From: Anaerolineae bacterium
Lineage (GTDB): Bacteria > Chloroflexota > Anaerolineae > Anaerolineales > UBA4823
Assembly (NCBI GenBank): GCA_003130835.1
Contig: QEXX01000004.1
Location: forward strand, 3,826-67,825
DNA length: 64,000 nucleotides
Direction: 5' to 3'
Program-made: the position numbers and the translations under genes
In this document: positions 19,125 to 26,975 of the stretch, in pieces
Numbering within the stretch: position 1 is the first letter of the stretch
How the letters are laid out: the number at the start of each line of letters is the position of its first letter
The notes under the pieces: model-generated
What the model was told of the DNA's origin: nothing
Database searches by the model: none
Seen by the model: the letters and a program-made list of their open reading frames with translations, nothing else

Positions 19125-19661
19125 TCAGATTTTTACCCCTTCTAGCTCAAGCAGACGCATTTTGGTCTGTAAACCACCCGGCGCGCCATAGCCATGCAGC
19201 GAACCGTCGCTGCCGATCACGCGATGACAAGGGATGACGATGGGAATCGGGTTGTGGGCTTCAACTTGTCCGACAGCTCTGGCAGCGCGCGGCCGGCCTA
19301 CTTCTTGGGCAATTTGGGCGTAGGTTTTGACTTGTCCATACGGAATCGCTAGCGTCTTGCGCAGGACTTGTTCTTGGAAGGGGGTGAACCTTGTCCAGTC
19401 GATAGCTAAATCAAAGGTTTTCAGTCTGCCTTGAAAGTAGGCTGTCAATTGCTCCATTGCCGCTTGCAAAAGCGGCCTTTGTTCGGGTTGGAGCAGGAAG
19501 CCTCTGTCTTGTAAGCTCGCTTCGAACCGTTCTGGGGTGGTTTGCATTTCCAGAAAGCTGATTCCGATCTCGGTAGCTGCCAAGCCAATTTGTCCAAACG
19601 GGGTTTGAGAGAGATAGGAGACCCACAAATTGGAAGCGTGGGAGTTCACGTTTGATTTCAT
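19125..19661 (-). CDS. ogt: methylated-DNA--protein-cysteine methyltransferase
   Basis: Active site IPCHRVIG, preceded by YGQVKTYAQIA and RAVGQVEAHNPIPI. Confidence 0.88.
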   Translation of the reverse strand: MKSNVNSHASNLWVSYLSQTPFGQIGLAATEIGISFLEMQTTPERFEASLQDRGFLLQPEQRPLLQAAMEQLTAYFQGRLKTFDLAIDWTRFTPFQEQVLRKTLAIPYGQVKTYAQIAQEVGRPRAARAVGQVEAHNPIPIVIPCHRVIGSDGSLHGYGAPGGLQTKMRLLELEGVKI

Positions 19662-19677
19662 GATTTGCTCCTAGAAC

Positions 19678-20568
19678 CTAATAATTGGTTACGGTATCAA
19701 TCAGCCCCAATTCCTTTGCTCGTTTTTCGCAAAGGCGAAAAACGAAAAACGAAAGCATAGCAAAGAGAAGAGTTAAGGTGACGAGGATGAGATAAAGCTG
19801 GAGATTAGAAAAACTTTGTAAGGTGGGAAAGCTTGAGGCAACTTTGCCGACCAACAGGCGGCGGAGGAGTTCAAGCCAATAGGTAATCGGCATCAGGAAT
19901 CCGATTGGGCGGAGATAAGCCGGCAGGACTTCTAACGGGAAAATAGCCCCGCTAAAGAGATACAAGGCACCGGCTACCGCTTCACCAACCCCAAACATGT
20001 GATGCACAAGCAACAGCATAACGCCAGCCAACGTCAAACCCATTAGGGCTAACATGGCTACCCCGGTTAGTAAGGTCAGGAGAAAAAAGCCCCAATTGAC
20101 TTGACTCGGATCGATGGAGATTTTTAGGAAGAGTACGCCAAAGGTGATGGTTACCAGCACAGAGATTGAAGCAATGATAAAACGCGCCACCCCGCGGCCG
20201 AGCAAGTAGGAGGGGAAGTGTACCGGTGCTGTATAGATGTATTTCATTGTCTTGTAGTGCTCGCGATCATCAATTACCGCCCATGAAATGCCGGTCATCA
20301 CGTGTCCAACGTACATGTAAAAGGCATTGCCCAAGTAGATATAGGGAAATATTGGGGACTCAAAATCAGCTTGGGTGATGACACTATACATGATGACCAG
20401 AATGGCAGCACTGGATAGGGGCTTAATCAACGAATAAACAGCAAAGAGAAAGGGATCAGCCCAATTCGACTCGATTTGCCAACCTAGCCATGTTGCCAAG
20501 CGAAACGAGCGCCAGAGAACAGAGAGAGAGTCGGTTTTGCGGGTTTGCATCTTCTGTCCTGGTCTCAC
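19678..20568 (-). CDS. ABC-2 type transporter permease
   Basis: Six-TM hydrophobic profile. 4-nt overlap with the upstream permease, in an operon with the ABC ATPase. Confidence 0.75.
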   Translation of the reverse strand: MRPGQKMQTRKTDSLSVLWRSFRLATWLGWQIESNWADPFLFAVYSLIKPLSSAAILVIMYSVITQADFESPIFPYIYLGNAFYMYVGHVMTGISWAVIDDREHYKTMKYIYTAPVHFPSYLLGRGVARFIIASISVLVTITFGVLFLKISIDPSQVNWGFFLLTLLTGVAMLALMGLTLAGVMLLLVHHMFGVGEAVAGALYLFSGAIFPLEVLPAYLRPIGFLMPITYWLELLRRLLVGKVASSFPTLQSFSNLQLYLILVTLTLLFAMLSFFVFRLCEKRAKELGLIDTVTNY

Positions 20569-21419
20569 CGCCTAGACTCCGTCAACCGTCCTTCTTGAAT
20601 GGCGAGTTTTTCCATGTAATGGAGCAGGTAACGAGCGCCTATCAAGAAGAGAACGCATAATATTCCTAAGCCTATGATTTCGAGGTGCAAGTTCAGAAAG
20701 CCGAATTGAGCGGCGGAGGGAAAGACCAGTTGACGCATAGCATCCAAGCCAAGGGTCAAGGGGATCAGAGAGGCACTGAGCGCAATCCAAAACCCGAGGT
20801 TTTTGACCGGGAAATAAAAGCCGGAGATTAGGTAGATGGGCTCTTGGGCAAGGTTTGCCAAGTGCCAAGCTTCTCGACTGAGCAGTAAAAATAAGGAGGC
20901 AGACATCATCCCTAAGCCATAGAGGGCTGTCATGGTTAGGAAGAAGACCAATATCAATGTCCAGAAGTCGGCTACCATGAATTGCACCTGAAAAATCCAT
21001 CCCCCAATGAAAAGGATGACCAGCGCCCGCAAAAGGGTAGCAACCATGCCGCCGAGAGCCATCCCCAATAAAATTGCCATCATCGAATTGGGCGCCATGA
21101 TATAGAGGGCTAAATTCCCCTGCTCTTTTTCCCAATACAATTGGCTGGACATGCTCCATAAGACATTCAACCAGAAAGCGGTCATTGCGCCGCCGAGCAC
21201 GACAAATCCAATATACTCTTCGGGAGCACCGATGGCGCGATAAACAAAGACGTAGGCAGCAATGCTCAAGATGGGCAGAAAGATGTCGAAAAACATCCAC
21301 GATTTTTCGCGCTGCTGCCCAATGATGCGCGGATAGGCGCGGGCAATGACTGTTTTCAAAAATAACTTCCAACCACTAGCTTTCGGAATGGTTGACGCCG
21401 TTATTGCCACGTTCGACAT
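20565..21419 (-). CDS. ABC-2 type transporter permease
   Basis: Multi-TM profile. The start is uncertain: ATG at 21455, ATG at 21419 or GTG at 21410, all overlapping the ATPase 3' end. Confidence 0.7.
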   Translation of the reverse strand: MSNVAITASTIPKASGWKLFLKTVIARAYPRIIGQQREKSWMFFDIFLPILSIAAYVFVYRAIGAPEEYIGFVVLGGAMTAFWLNVLWSMSSQLYWEKEQGNLALYIMAPNSMMAILLGMALGGMVATLLRALVILFIGGWIFQVQFMVADFWTLILVFFLTMTALYGLGMMSASLFLLLSREAWHLANLAQEPIYLISGFYFPVKNLGFWIALSASLIPLTLGLDAMRQLVFPSAAQFGFLNLHLEIIGLGILCVLFLIGARYLLHYMEKLAIQEGRLTESRR

Positions 21420-22401
21420 CCTCCATGCTCTTTCCGACCAGATCGACAAAAACATCCTCTAGGGTAGGTTCGCGCTTTTGCAAGTTGATGATGCGACCTT
21501 GGTTCTCCGTAAGAGAGTTGACCACTGCGGCAAGGGTTTCGTCTCGATCTAAAATTAGCTCCAAGACCGTATATCCATCACGCGGCCGCAGAACAAATTC
21601 CCGAACCCCTTGTATGGTCTTGAGGTCATCGGAGTAATGATGGTTGACCTGGCTGATTTCAAGGTGGTAGATGGCTTGGCGTTGTAAGCGGTGTTTCAAA
21701 GAAGCTGGCGTGTCGCATGCCAAGACGCGCCCTTGATTGATGATGGCGACTCGGTCACAGAGTTCTTCGGCTTCTGCCATGTAGTGGGTGGTCAGCAGAA
21801 TGGTGCGTTCAGGGTGCTCGTCCAGCCATTGGCGGATAAACCGACGTACATCTCGCGAGGCGCTGACATCCAACCCTAAGGTGGGTTCATCAAGGAATAA
21901 GACTTGTGGGTCGGTGAGAAAACCGCGCACGATATTCATCTTCTGGCGTAAGCCTGTCGAAAGGTCAGACGATTTGGTGTTGATGCGATCTGCCAAGCCG
22001 ACAACTTCTAGCAATTGCAGAATGCGTTGGTTAGCTTCTTTGGAGCTTAAGCCATAGAATTGGGCAAACATCCAAAGGTTCTCGCGCACAGTAAGCAATC
22101 CATACCCCGAAGACTCACCGCCAGAGACCATATTGATGATTGGGCGGATTTTGTGTGCCTCTTTTACGACATCATAGCCGCAAACGAATGCTGTTCCAGA
22201 AGTTGGAGCGAGTAATGTGGTCAAGATTTTAATTAGAGTGGTTTTTCCCGCGCCGTTCGGCCCAAGCAAGCCAAATAATTCGCCTGGGTGAACTTCTAAG
22301 GAGACATCTTGGAGGGCAACCAATTCCTTTGCGTTGCCCTTCTTATTATTGCGAATTTTATAAATGCGGCTTAGATGGTTGGTTTCAATTGCAAAATTCA
22401 T
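21376..22401 (-). CDS. ABC transporter ATP-binding protein (ABC-2/DrrA-like, with C-terminal extension)
   Basis: Walker A GPNGAGKTT, signature LSTGLRQK, Walker B VLFLDEPTLGLD, H-loop TTHYM. Confidence 0.9.
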   Translation of the reverse strand: MNFAIETNHLSRIYKIRNNKKGNAKELVALQDVSLEVHPGELFGLLGPNGAGKTTLIKILTTLLAPTSGTAFVCGYDVVKEAHKIRPIINMVSGGESSGYGLLTVRENLWMFAQFYGLSSKEANQRILQLLEVVGLADRINTKSSDLSTGLRQKMNIVRGFLTDPQVLFLDEPTLGLDVSASRDVRRFIRQWLDEHPERTILLTTHYMAEAEELCDRVAIINQGRVLACDTPASLKHRLQRQAIYHLEISQVNHHYSDDLKTIQGVREFVLRPRDGYTVLELILDRDETLAAVVNSLTENQGRIINLQKREPTLEDVFVDLVGKSMEDVERGNNGVNHSES

Positions 22402-22649
22402 CGTTTATCATTCAAAACCTGCAAAATTGTTGGGTTAGCGTAGGGTAATCGTAGGTTAACCGTCAAGCAATTCTTTGAGAAGTTTGGTAAACTGACAATC
22501 GAAGGGCGATTTCTCTTCTTCTCCTCCTTAGAGAGAGCCGGAAGCGGCGTATCCGGCTCTCGATGATTTAAAGGACAGTGTAGCTTATACTCATCACGCT
22601 CATCCTCTATCCCTATCCCAAAGGGATTGAACTCTTTTGTCTTTCTCAT
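22398..22649 (-). CDS. hypothetical small ORF (83 aa from the internal ATG; the ORF track extends it to 112 aa), translationally chained to the ABC ATPase
   Basis: ATGA overlaps at both ends (22646-22649 and 22398-22401). No recognisable family, no clear SD, and several rare-looking codons. Confidence 0.25.
   Translation of the reverse strand: MRKTKEFNPFGIGIEDERDEYKLHCPLNHREPDTPLPALSKEEKKRNRPSIVSLPNFSKNCLTVNLRLPYANPTILQVLNDKR
22429..22461. repeat. three tandem imperfect 11-bp repeats just upstream of the ABC ATPase start
   Basis: Plus-strand units are GTTGGGTTAGC / GTAGGGTAATC / GTAGGTTAACC, head to tail with one-helical-turn periodicity. Confidence 0.6.
22533..22561 (-). promoter_or_regulatory. 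strong hairpin in the ABC operon leader
   Basis: Perfect 10-bp stem GAGAGCCGGA / TCCGGCTCTC with a 9-nt loop. On the minus strand it is followed by CTAAGGAGGAG (SD-like) and has no U-tract. Confidence 0.5.
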
Positions 22650-22846
22650 TGCGCAAAAGGATAGGACTTGCTTCCTAAAAATCCGGCAAAGCGTTTGAGC
22701 ATGGAATGCAAATGCTTGTAGGATTTGTTTCCACACATCGAACGCACCTCTGCTTTTGCCATTGTTTTTCCAGTGGATTGTGTATCCCTTTCCAGCTTAT
22801 TAAGAGAAATGGACTCCATGTAAAGGTTCCATGAAGGTTTCAGCAT
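22646..22846 (-). CDS. hypothetical small ORF (66 aa, or 38 aa from an internal ATG) in the ABC operon leader
   Basis: Begins about 17 nt downstream of the predicted transcription start. Its TGA overlaps the ATG of the next small ORF. No family recognised. Confidence 0.2.
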   Translation of the reverse strand: MLKPSWNLYMESISLNKLERDTQSTGKTMAKAEVRSMCGNKSYKHLHSMLKRFAGFLGSKSYPFAQ

Positions 22847-22869
22847 GCTTTAGAAAAATGACCGGTGGT

Positions 22870-22898
22870 ATGATACTCGCACAGATGTTCACTGTCAA
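22870..22898 (-). promoter_or_regulatory. near-consensus sigma70-type promoter for the leader plus ABC-2 exporter operon
   Basis: On the minus strand: TTGACA (22898-22893), a 17-nt spacer, then TATCAT (22875-22870). Confidence 0.6.
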
Positions 22899-22962
22899 GG
22901 CACAACCGTTTGAGCGAGATTTGTGTCTCCATCCCCAAAGCTTATCTTGTATAATCAACTAG

Positions 22963-24567
22963 GTGGATGGAGAGCCAACTTCCAATTCAGGACGACTAGC
23001 ACAGGCAGCCGCTACGGTAATGGCGGCTTTCTTAATCAGTAATCTGACCGGTTTGCTGCGCCAAATTCTGGTTGCTAGGACGTTTGGCACCGGAGCGGAG
23101 ATGGAAGCCTTTAACGCTGCCAACCGCGTGGCAGAGACGTTATTTAATTTAGTGGCAGGGGGGGCTTTAGCCAGTGCCTTTATTCCTACCTTCAGCGGGC
23201 TTTTGGCGAAGAATGAGAAAATTAAGGCTTGGCAGTTAGCTTCTTCAATCACCAATCTTGTATTCCTCATTTTGATCTTCTTAACGACGGTCACTTATCT
23301 GCTTGCGCCGCAGGTGGTGCGTTACATTTTAGCGCCGGGCTTTCAGTCCGATGCCTTCAAGGAGATGACAACGATCTACCTACTAAGGTTGATGTTGCCA
23401 TCAGCGATTTTATTTGCCCTGAGTGGTTTGGTGATGGGCATCTTGAATTCGCATCAAGTGTTCTTAATCCCAGCCTTGACTCCTTCAATGTACCAATTGG
23501 GGATGATCTTCGGGGTTTTAGCCTTGTCCCCTTGGCTGGGAATCGCTGGCTTAGGGTGGGGTGTGCTGATCGGAGCTGCCTTACACCTTTGTTTGCAGCT
23601 TCCGACATTGTGGCGGCTCAAGGGGCTTTACTTCCCAAAAATATCTTTGGGTATGCCGGAAGTGCGCGAAGTGTTCCGTTTGTTTGCACCGCGTTTGATT
23701 GGCGTTGCAGTTGTCCAATTGAATTTTTGGGTGAATACCCGTATCGCTTCGCAGCAGCCTGAAGGCAGTTTGACCGGCATTGTACTGGCGTTTGCACTCA
23801 TGTTGATGCCTCAGGCAGCCATTGCTCAGTCAGTGGCGATTGTGGCATTGCCCACCCTCTCCACCCATTATGCTTTAGGCCGTTTGGATGATTTCCGTTC
23901 AACCCTCGTAAATGGCTTGAAAGGCGTGCTTTTCTTAGCTGTTCCAGCCAGTGTTGGCTTGATTCTGCTCCGCGAACCCATTGTGGCGATGCTCTACCAG
24001 CGCGGGGCTTTTGATGCTCGTTCTACTCAATTTGTCGCATGGGCATTGTTATGGTACGCGAGTGGTCTGGTGGGACACAGTCTGGTCGAAGTCTTTGCAC
24101 GCTCTTTTTATGCTATGCATGATACCCGCACACCGGTTTGGGTCGGATCGGTAGCGATGGGCCTGAATGTTGGGTTTAGTTATCTCTTTTCAGCGCTTTT
24201 TCTACGGCATGGCTGGTTACCCCACGGTGGATTGGCTTTAGCCAACACTACTGCCACCTACCTCGAAGCCTTGGGCTTGTATTGGATTATGCGTCAACGG
24301 CTAGGAAACCTGGAAGAACAGCGGATTTTCCGCTTGATTGCACAAACCCTTCTGGCGAGCATCGTCATGGGGGCAGGGATAGCCTTGTATCGTTTTTGGG
24401 TTGGCATAGGGAATGTTTATCTTTTAGGAATCGGCGGTATCCTTTTAGGAGGAGGCCTTTTTAGCGTTTGCGCTTATCTGCTCAGAATTCAAGAATTGGG
24501 TGTGCTTTGGGGAGTTATCTACGCTCGTTGGGTCACTTTGCGAAAATCCACACCAATTGGGCGATGA
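22963..24567 (+). CDS. murJ: lipid II flippase MurJ (MviN family)
   Basis: N-terminus (ISNLTGLLRQILVARTFGTGAEMEAFNAANRVAETLFNLVAGGALASAFIPTF) and about 14 TM helices are typical of MurJ. GTG start. Confidence 0.88.
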   Translation: MDGEPTSNSGRLAQAAATVMAAFLISNLTGLLRQILVARTFGTGAEMEAFNAANRVAETLFNLVAGGALASAFIPTFSGLLAKNEKIKAWQLASSITNLVFLILIFLTTVTYLLAPQVVRYILAPGFQSDAFKEMTTIYLLRLMLPSAILFALSGLVMGILNSHQVFLIPALTPSMYQLGMIFGVLALSPWLGIAGLGWGVLIGAALHLCLQLPTLWRLKGLYFPKISLGMPEVREVFRLFAPRLIGVAVVQLNFWVNTRIASQQPEGSLTGIVLAFALMLMPQAAIAQSVAIVALPTLSTHYALGRLDDFRSTLVNGLKGVLFLAVPASVGLILLREPIVAMLYQRGAFDARSTQFVAWALLWYASGLVGHSLVEVFARSFYAMHDTRTPVWVGSVAMGLNVGFSYLFSALFLRHGWLPHGGLALANTTATYLEALGLYWIMRQRLGNLEEQRIFRLIAQTLLASIVMGAGIALYRFWVGIGNVYLLGIGGILLGGGLFSVCAYLLRIQELGVLWGVIYARWVTLRKSTPIGR

Positions 24568-24982
24568 CGACTCCTAACACGACCCCGGCAAAGGCTTCGA
24601 GAGGGGTATGCCCGAGCACTTCGCGTAGTTGTTCTTCTTTGAGCGGATGACCGCTGGCGAGATCGTTAATCATGGCGTTAATCAACTCGGCGTGTTTGCC
24701 AGCTTGGCGGCGGATGCCAGTGGCGTCATAGACGACCACCATAGCGAGGGTGAGGCCGATGGCAAAGTGTGGCGAATCGAAACCATAAAATAACCCCAAC
24801 GCGTGGGCAACGGCTGTAACTAAGGCAGAGTGCGAACTGGGCATTCCACCCGCACGAAACAGCAATGCCCAATTCCAACGGCGTGTCTTGATGTATTCTA
24901 TGGGCACCTTAACGGTTTGGGCGATGCTCCAGGCAATGGCGCCGGCGATCAGGACGTAATTGCGAAAGATCTCCATATCCAA
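24533..24982 (-). CDS. divergent PAP2 family membrane protein (DUF212, acid phosphatase/haloperoxidase-related)
   Basis: GGMPSSHSALVTAV motif and LREVLGHTPLE, 149 aa. Its 3' end overlaps the murJ 3' end by 35 nt. Confidence 0.75.
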   Translation of the reverse strand: MDMEIFRNYVLIAGAIAWSIAQTVKVPIEYIKTRRWNWALLFRAGGMPSSHSALVTAVAHALGLFYGFDSPHFAIGLTLAMVVVYDATGIRRQAGKHAELINAMINDLASGHPLKEEQLREVLGHTPLEAFAGVVLGVVIAQLVWIFAK

Positions 24983-25006
24983 ATCGCTCCGATATCGCGG
25001 AACAAT

Positions 25007-25225
25007 TCATGGCTTTTCGTCATTCACCGTTCGAATGGTTAATTCTGCCTGCTCGAGCAGTCGCAGGCAATATTGAACCAAAGTCTGTCCACGTTGATAA
25101 TAAGCCAGAGTTTCCTGTAGGGTTTGTTCACCGTTCTCCAATTGGGTGACAATCTGCTCCAATTCCTGCATGGCTTGTTCAAATGAGAGGGATTCAAGAT
25201 TCATTTTCGAATTATCGTTCATCAT
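25007..25225 (-). CDS. xseB: exodeoxyribonuclease VII small subunit
   Basis: 72 aa with SFEQAMQELEQIVTQLENGEQTLQETLAYYQRG, typical of XseB. Confidence 0.88.
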   Translation of the reverse strand: MMNDNSKMNLESLSFEQAMQELEQIVTQLENGEQTLQETLAYYQRGQTLVQYCLRLLEQAELTIRTVNDEKP

Positions 25226-25667
25226 CGGTTCTGGTGCTTTCTATAGGTTGTACCATTCTACCAAGCGCTTCTAAAAGAGGTGCTTCAGTGGGTAGCATCT
25301 CTTGGGCTGTGGTGTGGAAGGTCTCAACGTCAACCCGATAGTTGGCTAGATAGGTCTGGATTTGAGGAATGGTCTGTTCCTTGATCGCCCGCTGTATAGC
25401 GTTACGACGGGCTTGGCTGGCGAGGATGGCTGTAGCAGCAAAAAAAATGACAAACAAGATGATTCCTAAAAAGAATGCCAAGATGATATTGATCACCTTG
25501 AAGGCAAGCAAGACAGCGACAACGGCTAAAATTGGCAATGTTCCGAGCCACACAGCCAATCCAAAGGATTGCTCGGCACTAGAAGCTCCAACCTTCAGCA
25601 GTTGTTCATTGAGTTGTTGGATGACTTCTTCTATGGTCAAATCAGGGTTGCTTACTTCGTCAACCAT
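25212..25667 (-). CDS. hypothetical two-TM membrane protein embedded between xseA and xseB
   Basis: 151-aa ORF with a long central hydrophobic stretch. It sits 2 nt after xseA and overlaps xseB by 14 nt. Confidence 0.5.
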   Translation of the reverse strand: MVDEVSNPDLTIEEVIQQLNEQLLKVGASSAEQSFGLAVWLGTLPILAVVAVLLAFKVINIILAFFLGIILFVIFFAATAILASQARRNAIQRAIKEQTIPQIQTYLANYRVDVETFHTTAQEMLPTEAPLLEALGRMVQPIESTRTDDER

Positions 25668-25669
25668 GG

Positions 25670-26893
25670 TTATCTATCTCCCGAAATCGCCTCGACGCGC
25701 GAGTTCAAGAGGCCATCCGTTAGACGTGCTTGAATGGATTCGCCGATCCGAACTTGGTGGACACTGCGGAGGATTTCACCATCTGCTTTGGTTAAGATGG
25801 CGTAGCCTCGTTGTAAAATTGATGAGGGATTCAGCGATTCTAAACGATGCGCGTACAGATCGAGTTTTGAGCGCTGTTGCTGAAGAATCCTATTGACGTG
25901 AAGTTCTAACCGCCGGGTTAATTCATCGAGCCGTTGCTGGGCAACATTGAGCTGATTAAGCGGAGAACTTATGCTTAAGCGATGAGCCAGTTGGCTTAAC
26001 CGGGCGCGCTGGAAGCTGACTCGACTCAGAGCTGCGCTTTGTAACCGTTGAGACAGGGTTTGAAGGTTGGCTTGAAGATCGGCAAGATTGGGAGTGACCA
26101 TCTCAGCCGCTGCAGTTGGGGTAGGGGCGCGCAGGTCGCTGGCAAAGTCAGCTAGTGTAAAATCAGTTTCGTGGCCAATGCCGGTCACAATGGGGGTTTC
26201 TAGGGCAGCGATGGTGCGCACGAGGTTTTCATCGTTAAATGCCCATAGGTCTTCCATAGAGCCGCCCCCACGGGCAAGCAAAATTACATCTGGTTTAATG
26301 GTTTGATCAAGGAATTTGAGGGCGCTGATTAAGGTTGGAACAGCTTCTTCCCCTTGCACCGCCGCCGGCGCGATGATGACCTCGGCTAAGGGAAAACGCC
26401 GGCGCAGAGTGTTGAGGATGTCTTGCAGGGCAGCAGCTTTTAGACTGGTGACAATTCCGATTTGGTGGGGAAAGGCCGGAATGGGTTTCTTGCGGTCAGC
26501 ATCGAATAAGCCTTCTTTTTCAAGCTTGGCTTTGCGTTGCAAGAATTCTTGGTACAGTATGCCGGCCCCAACCGAAATCAGGTTATCGGCATAAAGCTGA
26601 TAGGCACCATTGGGAGGATAAATATCAAGGTATCCATGGGCGATGACTAGGTCACCGTTTTTGGGTAAAAAGAGCTGATAGGCGACATTTTGACGCCACA
26701 TGACGCAGCGCAGGGATGCCGAAGCATCTTTGAGGGTAAAATAAAAGTGGCCCGAGGTTGCCTGCGTAGCGTTGGATACCTCCCCTAGCACCCACAAATC
26801 GTGCAATGTCTCGTCTTCAGCGATGAGTTGCTGAAGGTAAGCGGTGAGTTGGGAAACTGTCCAGTTGATCGGGCTATCGAAAAGTGGTAGCAT
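25670..26893 (-). CDS. xseA: exodeoxyribonuclease VII large subunit
   Basis: N-terminal OB-fold (VSQLTAYLQQLI...VLGEVSN...SGHFYFTLKD), a catalytic core with GIVTS...ARGGGSMEDLWAFN, and a coiled-coil C-terminus. Confidence 0.9.
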   Translation of the reverse strand: MLPLFDSPINWTVSQLTAYLQQLIAEDETLHDLWVLGEVSNATQATSGHFYFTLKDASASLRCVMWRQNVAYQLFLPKNGDLVIAHGYLDIYPPNGAYQLYADNLISVGAGILYQEFLQRKAKLEKEGLFDADRKKPIPAFPHQIGIVTSLKAAALQDILNTLRRRFPLAEVIIAPAAVQGEEAVPTLISALKFLDQTIKPDVILLARGGGSMEDLWAFNDENLVRTIAALETPIVTGIGHETDFTLADFASDLRAPTPTAAAEMVTPNLADLQANLQTLSQRLQSAALSRVSFQRARLSQLAHRLSISSPLNQLNVAQQRLDELTRRLELHVNRILQQQRSKLDLYAHRLESLNPSSILQRGYAILTKADGEILRSVHQVRIGESIQARLTDGLLNSRVEAISGDR

Positions 26894-26975
26894 TTTCTTG
26901 AAAACCGCATAGGATTATAAATCATTCAACCCGTCTTCGGGTAAAATCATAATGACTTTAATTTGTTGTGATCGG

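Noticed and set aside
20572-21372. 266-aa ORF in an alternative frame on the same strand as the ABC-2 permease
   Set aside because: It lies entirely inside the permease gene. Its Arg/His/Cys-rich composition is typical of an off-frame shadow of a hydrophobic protein gene, and no family is recognisable.
22402-22869. Possibility that the long ABC leader is a known riboswitch or T-box
   Set aside because: I looked by eye for T-box (GGUGGUACCGCG-like), ykkC/guanidine, yybP-ykoY and other familiar cores on the minus strand and did not find them. A GGTGGTA string at 22865-22871 is on the wrong strand and lies within the promoter. A covariance-model search is still needed.
23229-23762. 177-aa plus-strand ORF, and other 60-110-aa ORFs, overlapping murJ
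   Set aside because: These are alternative-frame or antisense shadows inside a well-supported MurJ gene. The same reasoning applies to most of the 60-140-aa ORFs in the track that are nested in larger recognised genes, for example 564-791, 4735-5019, 18003-18377, 29818-30234, 40670-41044, 45730-46044, 51652-52113 and 62718-63158.
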